Below, piece by piece: positions 28,027 through 36,211 of a stretch of DNA of 59,835 bases (within the stretch, counting starts at the first letter, position 1; every line of letters starts with the position of its first letter). The stretch comes from Bacteroidota bacterium (lineage in GTDB: Bacteria; Bacteroidota; Bacteroidia; 2-12-FULL-35-15). A model generated the notes under the pieces. That model had not been told where the DNA came from. It was given only the letters and a program-made list of their open reading frames with translations, and searched no databases. The stretch spans positions 1 to 59,835 of the forward strand of contig CANFLQ010000006.1 of NCBI GenBank assembly GCA_947447995.1, read 5' to 3'. Position numbers and translations under genes: made by a program.

Positions 28027-28389
28027 TTATTTGGCCGGACTTGCTTTGTGTTTATTTTTAAAATTCTGCTTCATATCCGCCTTTTTTTGTTCATATTTTT
28101 GATACTGATCGGGAGTTAAAATTGCTTTGATATCCGCATCCGTTTTCTCCATTCTTGCCTTTTCTTCTTTCATTCTTGCTTCCCTTTCCTGCTCATGTTT
28201 CAAAAGCAATCCCTTCATTTTTGTTTGCTGATCAGCAGTTAAAACCAACTCCTTCGTCATTCGCTCCGTCATTTTTGATGCTCGTTCTTCAGGAGTTCTT
28301 TTTGGACCATTACCATCTTGAGGTGCTTGCGCCATCATATTTACCGAAGTTATCACAACAGTAAATAACATTAAAATTATTTTTTTCAT
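28027..28389 (-). CDS. Periplasmic helical protein (Spy/CpxP- or DUF4890-like)
   Basis: Signal peptide; TPEERA..MTKELVLTADQ and ILTPDQY (LTxxQ) motifs. Confidence 0.8.
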   Translation of the reverse strand: MKKIILMLFTVVITSVNMMAQAPQDGNGPKRTPEERASKMTERMTKELVLTADQQTKMKGLLLKHEQEREARMKEEKARMEKTDADIKAILTPDQYQKYEQKKADMKQNFKNKHKASPAK

Positions 28390-28505
28390 AGATTATATTT
28401 TTAGTTTTAATTATCGGAATATGTGATAACATATTGTGTGCCAAAAACAATTTGATAAAATAATACCGCTGTATAAAAGTAATTTTGACGTTTCAATTTA
28501 TTTTC

Positions 28506-28513
28506 TAATTTTG
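28506..28513 (+). promoter_or_regulatory. -7 promoter element for the methyltransferase
   Basis: TAATTTTG. Confidence 0.5.
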
Positions 28514-28526
28514 TAACCATTGTGTA

Positions 28527-29780
28527 ATGTTAAACAATATGGTTATGAAAGATTACTATACGCTCTCGGAAGCATCCGAGCTTCTAGGAAAAAGCAAGGA
28601 AACACTTAGAAGATGGGACAAAGAAGGCAAATTATCAGCTGTGCGCGAACCCATAAGTAATTATCGAGTATATAAGAAAGAACAGTTTGAACTGTTTACA
28701 AACTTTTTTGTACCAGATAAAAAAGAAATCGAATCGAATTACGAAAAAGCAGAAAATGAATATACTGTTTTGGAATTATTTGCCGGAGCAGGAGGCTTGG
28801 CTATTGGAATGGAAAAGGCTGGGATAAAATGTGTAGCTCTTAACGAATTAGATAAATGGGCATGTCAAACTTTAAGAAAAAACAGACCTAATTGGAATGT
28901 TTTAGAAGGAGATATTAAATCGTTTAGTTTTACCAAATATAAAAACAAGGTTGATATTGTTACGGGAGGTTTTCCCTGTCAAGCCTTTAGTTATGCAGGG
29001 AAAAAACTTGGACTAGCTGATGCTAGAGGTACCTTATTCTACGAATTTGCGAGGGCGGTAAAAGAAGTTAACCCACCAATTTGCATTGGAGAAAATGTAC
29101 GTGGATTGTTAAGCCACGAAAATGGAAAGACTCTACAAGGAATGATTTCTATTTTAGATGAAATTGGATATAATGTTGTTCCTGTTCAAGTTTTAAAAGC
29201 CATTAATTATAATGTTCCACAAAAAAGGGAACGATTGATTTTAGTTGGCGTAAGAAAGGATATAAAAATTTCCTATGAATACCCTAAACCATATAAAAAA
29301 ATTTATACCTTAAGTGATGCCTTAAAAAAGGGGGATTTATTTAATTGTAATGTGCCAAAATCCGAAGGCTCAAAATACCCAACAAGCAAAGTAAAAGTTT
29401 TGGATTTAGTACCACAAAAAGGTTATTGGAGAGACCTTCCAATAGAAATACAAAAAGCATTTATGGGGGGAAGCTATTATCTTGGAGGAGGGAAAACAGG
29501 AATAGCGCGCAGAATTGGTTGGGATGAGCCTTGTTTAACTTTAACATGTAGCCCGGCACAAAAACAAACTGAAAGATGTCATCCGGAAGAAACCCGACCA
29601 TTTACAGTCCGGGAATACGCCCGAATTCAAACATTTCCTGACAATTGGAAATTTGAAGGTTCCGTTGCTCAACAATACAAACAAATAGGCAATGCTGTTC
29701 CTGTAAACCTAGGTAAAGAAGTTGGTTATTCAATCATTAAATTTCTTAATAAATACTACTCCAAATTAAAATCTAAATAA
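28527..29780 (+). CDS. DNA (cytosine-5)-methyltransferase with N-terminal MerR-like HTH (Eco47II/Sau96I-like)
   Basis: ELFAGAGG, GGFPCQAFS, ENV, QKRER, QIGNAVP; SEASELLGKSKETLRRWD HTH; alternative start 28545. Confidence 0.95.
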   Translation: MLNNMVMKDYYTLSEASELLGKSKETLRRWDKEGKLSAVREPISNYRVYKKEQFELFTNFFVPDKKEIESNYEKAENEYTVLELFAGAGGLAIGMEKAGIKCVALNELDKWACQTLRKNRPNWNVLEGDIKSFSFTKYKNKVDIVTGGFPCQAFSYAGKKLGLADARGTLFYEFARAVKEVNPPICIGENVRGLLSHENGKTLQGMISILDEIGYNVVPVQVLKAINYNVPQKRERLILVGVRKDIKISYEYPKPYKKIYTLSDALKKGDLFNCNVPKSEGSKYPTSKVKVLDLVPQKGYWRDLPIEIQKAFMGGSYYLGGGKTGIARRIGWDEPCLTLTCSPAQKQTERCHPEETRPFTVREYARIQTFPDNWKFEGSVAQQYKQIGNAVPVNLGKEVGYSIIKFLNKYYSKLKSK

Positions 29781-30479
29781 TGGGGAACGTCGTATTTCAT
29801 CAGTAAGACTCTCGCAACCTTTTACAATAAAATCATTTGTATCTAAGTTATTAATACATTTATGTAAAGCTAAAACCAAACCATCATAAAAATTTGGAAA
29901 CCCTGTTATTCTATGCCAAAAATCACGTCCAATTATAACGGGATGAGTTTTATCTATCAACTTATAATGCATACTTAATTCTGAACTCTCTCCATAAAGA
30001 ACACCAACAATAAAGTCTGTATTATTAATTCCAACAAAAGCTTTATTTGTTCTTGCCAAATTAATTGTATTTGTAAACTTCCTAACAAGAGGTTTGACAT
30101 CTTCAGAATTAATGGTATTAGGACCAGATTTCAATTGACACCATTTTTTTCTATTATCAATTTTATCAAAGAACTCAATATCCATTCCTTTTATTAGCGA
30201 ACCGCTAGCAATATCAAGCTCAACAAACATACTTTGAATACGTGTCCCGAATGATGTGTTTATAGAAGTGCCCAAAACTCTCGGATAAAACAAAGCCTTA
30301 GCAACTCCCTCAGGACTATATTTATCTTCCAATACTTTTGATAGATATTTAACAACGATGGGATTTATATTGTATGACTTAAGTTTAGAATGAGTATTAA
30401 GCGAAGCTTTTATGTGATTTTGAAAAATATTTGTCTCAAAATAATCTACAATTTTTTTCGTAAGTTCTTTTTCAGTCAT
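29766..30479 (-). CDS. Type II restriction endonuclease (PD-(D/E)XK-like; Sau96I/PmeII-like)
   Basis: Convergent with the MTase (15-bp overlap); GTSINTSFG, GMDIEF, QLKSGPNTIN, GRDFW motifs. Confidence 0.82.
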   Translation of the reverse strand: MTEKELTKKIVDYFETNIFQNHIKASLNTHSKLKSYNINPIVVKYLSKVLEDKYSPEGVAKALFYPRVLGTSINTSFGTRIQSMFVELDIASGSLIKGMDIEFFDKIDNRKKWCQLKSGPNTINSEDVKPLVRKFTNTINLARTNKAFVGINNTDFIVGVLYGESSELSMHYKLIDKTHPVIIGRDFWHRITGFPNFYDGLVLALHKCINNLDTNDFIVKGCESLTDEIRRSPLFRF

Positions 30480-30603
30480 GTTATTTGTTTTTCCATTTAA
30501 TAAGTAGAAAGAAGTTATTCAAACAAAACTACAAAAATTACATCAACAGATTCAACATTGTTTTTACACACAATTCCCTTTATTTTAACTAGCTTTGAAC
30601 ACC

Positions 30604-31350
30604 ATGCAAACACGTATAAATAAATACATTTCTGAAACCGGATTTTGCTCCAGGCGGGAAGCCGATAAACTCATTGAACAAGGAAGAGTTACCATTAACG
30701 GACTAAAGCCCGAAATGGGAACAAAGGTAAATCCTGATGACAGCGTTGAGATTGATGGTAAACCTTTAAAAGCAAAACAAGCATTTATTTATTTAGCCTT
30801 CAACAAACCTGCTGGAATTACCAGCACAACCGACCTAAAAGACAAAGACAACATTATAGATTTTATAAATCACAAAGAACGTATATTTCCAATCGGCCGA
30901 CTAGACAAGCCTTCAGAAGGATTACTATTTTTAACCAATGATGGAGATATTGTAAATAAAATTTTACGCGCCGGTAATAATCACGAAAAAGAATATGTGG
31001 TAATGGTTGATAAAACAATCACTCCCGACTTCATCCATCAAATGAGTAATGGTGTAAATATTTTAGATACTATTACTCAAAAATGTTTTGTAGAACAAAT
31101 GGATAAAAATAAATTCAGAATTATCTTAACACAAGGCCTCAACCGACAAATAAGAAGAATGTGTGATGCCCTCGGATACAAGGTATACAAGCTAAAACGC
31201 ATCCGCATTATGAACATTACTTTGGATGGAATACCAAGTGGTAAATGGCGTTATTTAACAACGGATGAAATGAATACCATTAATAATTTAGTTGCCAATT
31301 CAGTAAAAACAGAAGAGGCTTCGTATTTGAATACCAACATGGAGGAGTAA
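30604..31350 (+). CDS. rluF: 23S rRNA pseudouridine synthase (RluF/RsuA family)
   Basis: S4 domain RINKYISE..CSRREAD; PIGRLDKPSEGL; QGLNRQIRRMC; ATG 30604. Confidence 0.92.
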   Translation: MQTRINKYISETGFCSRREADKLIEQGRVTINGLKPEMGTKVNPDDSVEIDGKPLKAKQAFIYLAFNKPAGITSTTDLKDKDNIIDFINHKERIFPIGRLDKPSEGLLFLTNDGDIVNKILRAGNNHEKEYVVMVDKTITPDFIHQMSNGVNILDTITQKCFVEQMDKNKFRIILTQGLNRQIRRMCDALGYKVYKLKRIRIMNITLDGIPSGKWRYLTTDEMNTINNLVANSVKTEEASYLNTNMEE

Positions 31351-31354
31351 AACA

Positions 31355-31390
31355 TTCCCCTCTCCACGTGGAGAGGGGTTAGGGGTGAGG
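31355..31390. repeat. REP-like palindrome copy 3
   Basis: cccctctcca-cg-tggagagggg-ttaggggtgagg. Confidence 0.85.
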
Positions 31391-31394
31391 TAAA

Positions 31395-32609
31395 ATGAAA
31401 AGATCAATCACAATCATCGGCGGCGGACCATCAGCACTAATGTTGGCGGCGCAATTGGATGAACAAAAGTTTGATATTACCATATATGAACGCAACGCAG
31501 CGCTTGGCAGAAAATTTTTAGTTGCCGGTGACGGCGGTTTTAATTTAACGCATTCCGAAAAAACAGAACAATTTATTTCGCGCTATACACCTGCTCCTTT
31601 TTTCAAGGAAATTATTTCTGCTTTTAATTCCGAAGATTTAAGAAAGTGGTTTAAATCAATAGGCATTGAAACATTTGTAGGCAGCAGCAAACGTGTTTTT
31701 CCTGTAAAAGAAATAAAACCGATTGATGTGCTTAATGCAATATTAAATGTAATAAAGCAAAAAAATATTTCCATAAAAACAAAACATATCTGGCAAGGTT
31801 GGAACAACAATCAACTTGTTTTTACAGATGCTTCTACTCCTGAAAACAAAGAATTACTTGTTAAATCGGACATTGTAGTTTTTGCATTGGGTGGAGCAAG
31901 CTGGAAAGTAACGGGTTCCGATGGAACATGGTCTGCTTTTTTCGCTGACAAAAAAATAAATATTATCCCCTTTCAGCCTTCCAACTGTGCATTTGAAATC
32001 AAATGGAATAAACCCTTTATTGATGTGGCAGAAGGTCAATCCTTAAAAAATATTTCACTTTTTTGCGATGGGTTAGAAAAAAAAGGAGAATTGGTTATCA
32101 CTAAATTTGGCTTGGAAGGTGGCGCCATATACGCATTGAGTCCGGCTATAAGAAAACAACTAAACGATAAAAAAAGTGCTCAATTATTTTTAGATTTAAA
32201 ACCTTCAATCGGTTTAGATGAAATAAAAAATAAATTAATTCATAAAGGAAATAAATCGCTGAGCAAACAATTGACCAGCGTGCTTAATATAAATGAGGTT
32301 CAACTGGCATTACTAAAAACTATTTTAACAAAAGATGAATTTACCAAACCTGAACTACTAGCAAAAAAAATAAAAACTTTACCACTAATTATTACCGACC
32401 TTGCTCATATAGATGATGCTATTTCAACTGTTGGAGGAATTGCACTAACAGAGATCGACGACAATTTTCAATTAAAAAAAATGCCTAATCACTACGTTAT
32501 TGGTGAAATGCTTGATTGGGATGCGCCTACGGGCGGTTATTTATTGCAAGGCTGTTTTAGTATGGGGTATGGTTTGGCAAATCGTTTAAATACTAGTTTG
32601 AATGATTAA
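31395..32609 (+). CDS. HI0933/BaiN-like FAD-dependent oxidoreductase
   Basis: IIGGGPS, GRKFLVAGDGGFNLTHSE, ALGGASW, GEMLDWDAPTGGYLLQ. Confidence 0.9.
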   Translation: MKRSITIIGGGPSALMLAAQLDEQKFDITIYERNAALGRKFLVAGDGGFNLTHSEKTEQFISRYTPAPFFKEIISAFNSEDLRKWFKSIGIETFVGSSKRVFPVKEIKPIDVLNAILNVIKQKNISIKTKHIWQGWNNNQLVFTDASTPENKELLVKSDIVVFALGGASWKVTGSDGTWSAFFADKKINIIPFQPSNCAFEIKWNKPFIDVAEGQSLKNISLFCDGLEKKGELVITKFGLEGGAIYALSPAIRKQLNDKKSAQLFLDLKPSIGLDEIKNKLIHKGNKSLSKQLTSVLNINEVQLALLKTILTKDEFTKPELLAKKIKTLPLIITDLAHIDDAISTVGGIALTEIDDNFQLKKMPNHYVIGEMLDWDAPTGGYLLQGCFSMGYGLANRLNTSLND

Positions 32610-32619
32610 ATTAAAACCT

Positions 32620-32627
32620 TAAATTTG
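32620..32627 (+). promoter_or_regulatory. -7 promoter element for pdhB
   Basis: TAAATTTG, 17 nt before ATG. Confidence 0.55.
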
Positions 32628-32644
32628 TTACAAATAAAAATAGT

Positions 32645-33628
32645 ATGAGAACAATTGAATTTCGTGAAGCCCTAAGAGAAGCCATGAGCGAAGAAATGCG
32701 CAAGGATGAAAAAGTATTTTTAATGGGCGAAGAAGTAGCACAATACAACGGCGCATATAAAGTAAGCAAGGGTATGTTAGATGAATTTGGTGAAAAACGT
32801 ATCATTGATACACCTATCTCCGAGCTTGGTTTTACAGGTATTGCCATTGGGGGTGCCATGAATGGCTTGCGACCAATTGTTGAATTTATGACCTTTAACT
32901 TTTCATTGGTTGGTATTGATCAAATCATTAACTCGGCAGCTAAAATGATGAGTATGAGTGGCGGACAATTTCCTATTCCTATTGTATTCAGAGGCGCTAC
33001 CGGCTCTGCCGGAATGCTTAGCTCGCAACATTCTCAATCGTTTGATAACTGGTATGCCAACTGTCCGGGCTTAAAAGTAATAGTGCCGTCAACACCTTAT
33101 GATGCTAAAGGTCTTTTAAAATCAGCCATTCGCGATAACGACCCTGTAATTTTCATGGAAAGTGAACAAATGTATGGCGATAAAGGTCTAGTACCCGAAG
33201 GCGAATATCTTATTCCTATTGGCCTTGCCGACATTAAACGTGAAGGTACGGACGTTACCATTGTGTCATTCGGAAAAATAATTAAACAAGCATTGGGTGC
33301 TGCCATTGAATTGGAAAAAGAAGGCATCAGTGCTGAAGTAATTGATTTACGAACCATTCGTCCTATTGATTATGATGCAGTTATCAATTCAGTAAAAAAA
33401 ACAAACCGTTTGGTAGTTGTTGAAGAGGCTTGGCCATTGGGCGCAATAGCCACTGAAATAGCTTTTAAAGTTCAAAAAGAAGCCTTTGATTATTTGGATG
33501 CGCCTATATTACGTGTAACAGCAGCCGACGTTCCATTGCCTTATGCTCCAACATTGATTGAAGAATCATTACCAAATGTTGCAAGAGTTATTAAAGCGGT
33601 GAAAGAAGTAATGTATTTGAAAAAGTAA
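32645..33628 (+). CDS. pdhB: Pyruvate dehydrogenase E1 beta
   Basis: MGEEV, DTPISE, EFMTFNF, QHSQ, DLRTIRP. Confidence 0.97.
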   Translation: MRTIEFREALREAMSEEMRKDEKVFLMGEEVAQYNGAYKVSKGMLDEFGEKRIIDTPISELGFTGIAIGGAMNGLRPIVEFMTFNFSLVGIDQIINSAAKMMSMSGGQFPIPIVFRGATGSAGMLSSQHSQSFDNWYANCPGLKVIVPSTPYDAKGLLKSAIRDNDPVIFMESEQMYGDKGLVPEGEYLIPIGLADIKREGTDVTIVSFGKIIKQALGAAIELEKEGISAEVIDLRTIRPIDYDAVINSVKKTNRLVVVEEAWPLGAIATEIAFKVQKEAFDYLDAPILRVTAADVPLPYAPTLIEESLPNVARVIKAVKEVMYLKK

Positions 33629-33642
33629 AAAATTGCTTTCCA

Positions 33643-33684
33643 CTTCCCTTCTCCAAATGGAGAAGGTGCCGAAGGCGGATTAGG
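33643..33684. repeat. REP-like palindrome copy 4 (between convergent pdhB and pdhC)
   Basis: cttcccttctcca-aa-tggagaaggtgccgaaggcggattagg. Confidence 0.85.
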
Positions 33685-34947
33685 TTATATCGAATACCCT
33701 CCCAACATCAATACTGGATTTTCCATATTGTGTTTTAATGTTTGTAAAAATGCAGCACCTGTTGCGCCATCCACTACTCTGTGATCGCAGGATAAGGTCA
33801 CTTTCATAACATTGCCCGGCACCACTTGTCCGTTTTTAATTACAGGAATTTGTTTAATTCCGCCAACAGCTAAAATACAAGCATCAGGAGGATTGATAAT
33901 AGCAGTAAATTCTTCTATCCCAAACATTCCTAAATTAGAAATGGTAAATGTGTTGCCTTCCCAATCGCTTGGTTGAAGCTTTTTATCTTTTGCTTTTGCC
34001 GCAAAATCACGAACCTCTGTTCCTATTTGTGTCAGTGTTTTTCCATCTGCAAATTTCACTACAGGCACTAATAATCCTTCTTCTACAGCAACAGCAACAC
34101 CAATATGAATGTGTTGATTGTAACGTATTTTATCACCCAACCAGGAAGCGTTTACTTTTGGATGCGCTCGCAATGACAATGATACCGCTTTAATCACCAA
34201 ATCATTAAACGAAATTTTTGTTGCTGCAACAGTATTAATGGCTTCTCGGGCTTTTATCATTTCGTCCATTTCAATTGCCATGGTCAAATAAAAGTGAGGC
34301 GCGGAAAATTTGCTTTCCGCCAACCGGCGTGCAATGGTTCTACGCATTTGCGAAACAGGTACTTCTGTAAAGCTTTCTACACCTACAAATTGAGGCATTG
34401 CACTGCCTTGCGATTTATAATTATCAATGTCACGTTTTACAATTCTTCCGTGATCACCACTACCTTTAAGTGCATTAACGCTAATTCCTTTTTCAGCTGC
34501 CAATCTTTTTGCAAGTGGCGAAATTTTTAAATGATCGTTATGATGAGATTCTGAAGCTGTTTCAACAACTGCATTTTGAGACACCGATTTACTCTCTACT
34601 TCTGATTTTATTTCTGCTACTACTTCTTTCACTTCAGCTTTTGCTAATGAAATATTGTCCGCATTTTTTTTCTTTCCTTCTTCAGCAATAATCGCTGATA
34701 CATCTTCGCCTGCACTACCCAATATAGCAAGTATGGAATCAACCGGTGCGGTTTTACCTTGCTCAACACCAATATATAATAACACCCCATCCTGAAACGA
34801 TTCAAATTCCATGGTTGCTTTATCGGTTTCAATATCAGCCAGCAAATCGCCCGACTTTACTTTATCACCAATTTTTTTATGCCATTTAGCCACAACTCCA
34901 TCGGTCATGGTATCACTCAATTTGGGCATTCTAATTATTTCAGCCAT
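33685..34947 (-). CDS. pdhC: Dihydrolipoamide acetyltransferase (E2), single lipoyl domain
   Basis: ETDKA lipoyl site, SPLAKRLA E3-binding, TISNLG, DHRVVDG. Confidence 0.96.
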   Translation of the reverse strand: MAEIIRMPKLSDTMTDGVVAKWHKKIGDKVKSGDLLADIETDKATMEFESFQDGVLLYIGVEQGKTAPVDSILAILGSAGEDVSAIIAEEGKKKNADNISLAKAEVKEVVAEIKSEVESKSVSQNAVVETASESHHNDHLKISPLAKRLAAEKGISVNALKGSGDHGRIVKRDIDNYKSQGSAMPQFVGVESFTEVPVSQMRRTIARRLAESKFSAPHFYLTMAIEMDEMIKAREAINTVAATKISFNDLVIKAVSLSLRAHPKVNASWLGDKIRYNQHIHIGVAVAVEEGLLVPVVKFADGKTLTQIGTEVRDFAAKAKDKKLQPSDWEGNTFTISNLGMFGIEEFTAIINPPDACILAVGGIKQIPVIKNGQVVPGNVMKVTLSCDHRVVDGATGAAFLQTLKHNMENPVLMLGGYSI

Positions 34948-34963
34948 AAATAGTTTAGCATTA

Positions 34964-35049
34964 GCCCCTCTCCTTCTCTCCCCGAAGGGGAGAGGGGTGT
35001 AGTTTATATTTTCTTCGTTCCCCTCCCCTTTGGGGAGGTTTGGAGGGGC
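34964..35049. repeat. REP-like doublet (inverted pair of hairpins), copies 5 and 6
   Basis: gcccctctccttctctcccc-gaa-ggggagagg ... cctcccc-ttt-ggggaggtttggaggggc. Confidence 0.8.
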
Positions 35050-35053
35050 TTAA

Positions 35054-36061
35054 TTATTCCCTAATAAAAGGGTAATCCGTTTGTGTATACACATCTTTGT
35101 ACAACTCATCCGCTGTTGGGTACGGAGATTCTTCTCCAAACTTAACCGATTCAGCAACAATCGCATTCACGCTTTTTTCAATGCTTTCCAATTCCAATTC
35201 AGTTGCCCACTTGTTTGTTTTTATAGTATTCAACACACTTTCAATAGGATCTTTTAGTTTGTATTCCTCCACCTCATCTTTAGTACGATAGGTTGATGCG
35301 TCGCTCATGGAATGCCCTTTATAACGATATGTTTTCATTTCCAACAAGGTTGGACCATTTCCTTTTCTCGCATTACCAACTGCGGATTCAATTGCTTCGT
35401 GAACTGTTTCACAATTCATACCATCCACTTGAAACGAAGGCATTTCATAAGCTGCACCTAATTTATAAAACTCATGCACGTTAGATGAACGCTCTACCGA
35501 AGTGCCCATAGCATACCCATTGTTCTCAATGATAAATATTACAGGTAGTTTCCAAAGCATTGCCATGTTAAACGCTTCGTGTAATGCACCTTGATGCGCT
35601 GCACCTTCGCCCATATAGCAAAGTGTTACATTATCTTTTTCGTTATATTTATCAGCAAATGCAATACCCGCACCTAAGGGAATTTGACCGCCCACAATAC
35701 CATGTCCGCCAAAAAAATTATACTCTTTTGAAAACAAGTGCATGGAACCGCCTTTGCCTTTAGAGCAACCGGTAACTTTTGCCATCAACTCAGCCATGAT
35801 GTATTTTGGATGCAATCCCCTGCCTATCGGGTGCGCGTGATCGCGATAGGCGGTAATCACTCTATCATCCCTACGCAGTACCGATTCTGAGCCTGCAACC
35901 AAGGCTTCTTGTCCTATGTAAAGATGACAAAAACCACGAATTTTTTGTTGCGTATACAGTTGTCCGGTTTTTTCTTCAAACTTTCTCATCAGCAACATAG
36001 ATTCATACCATTTAAGATAAATTTCTTTGCTGAATTTTTTTGTCGATTTTAATGTACCCAT
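35054..36061 (-). CDS. pdhA: Pyruvate dehydrogenase E1 alpha
   Basis: GFCHLYIGQE, GKGGSMH, GEGA...NN TPP motif, YRYKGHSMSD. Confidence 0.97.
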   Translation of the reverse strand: MGTLKSTKKFSKEIYLKWYESMLLMRKFEEKTGQLYTQQKIRGFCHLYIGQEALVAGSESVLRRDDRVITAYRDHAHPIGRGLHPKYIMAELMAKVTGCSKGKGGSMHLFSKEYNFFGGHGIVGGQIPLGAGIAFADKYNEKDNVTLCYMGEGAAHQGALHEAFNMAMLWKLPVIFIIENNGYAMGTSVERSSNVHEFYKLGAAYEMPSFQVDGMNCETVHEAIESAVGNARKGNGPTLLEMKTYRYKGHSMSDASTYRTKDEVEEYKLKDPIESVLNTIKTNKWATELELESIEKSVNAIVAESVKFGEESPYPTADELYKDVYTQTDYPFIRE

Positions 36062-36109
36062 AACAAACCTGTTAATTTATATGCTGTTTTTTACAAACTA
36101 CTACTCGCA

Positions 36110-36117
36110 CAAATTTA
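36110..36117 (-). promoter_or_regulatory. -7 promoter element for pdhA-pdhC
   Basis: TAAATTTG on minus strand. Confidence 0.55.
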
Positions 36118-36211
36118 TGATAAATTAACAGCAAAGCCAACCTTTTTAATTAAAAACACGTATTGTAAGTATGGGAAAGGAAACACCTCTCTTATCAACA
36201 ATATTTTATCT

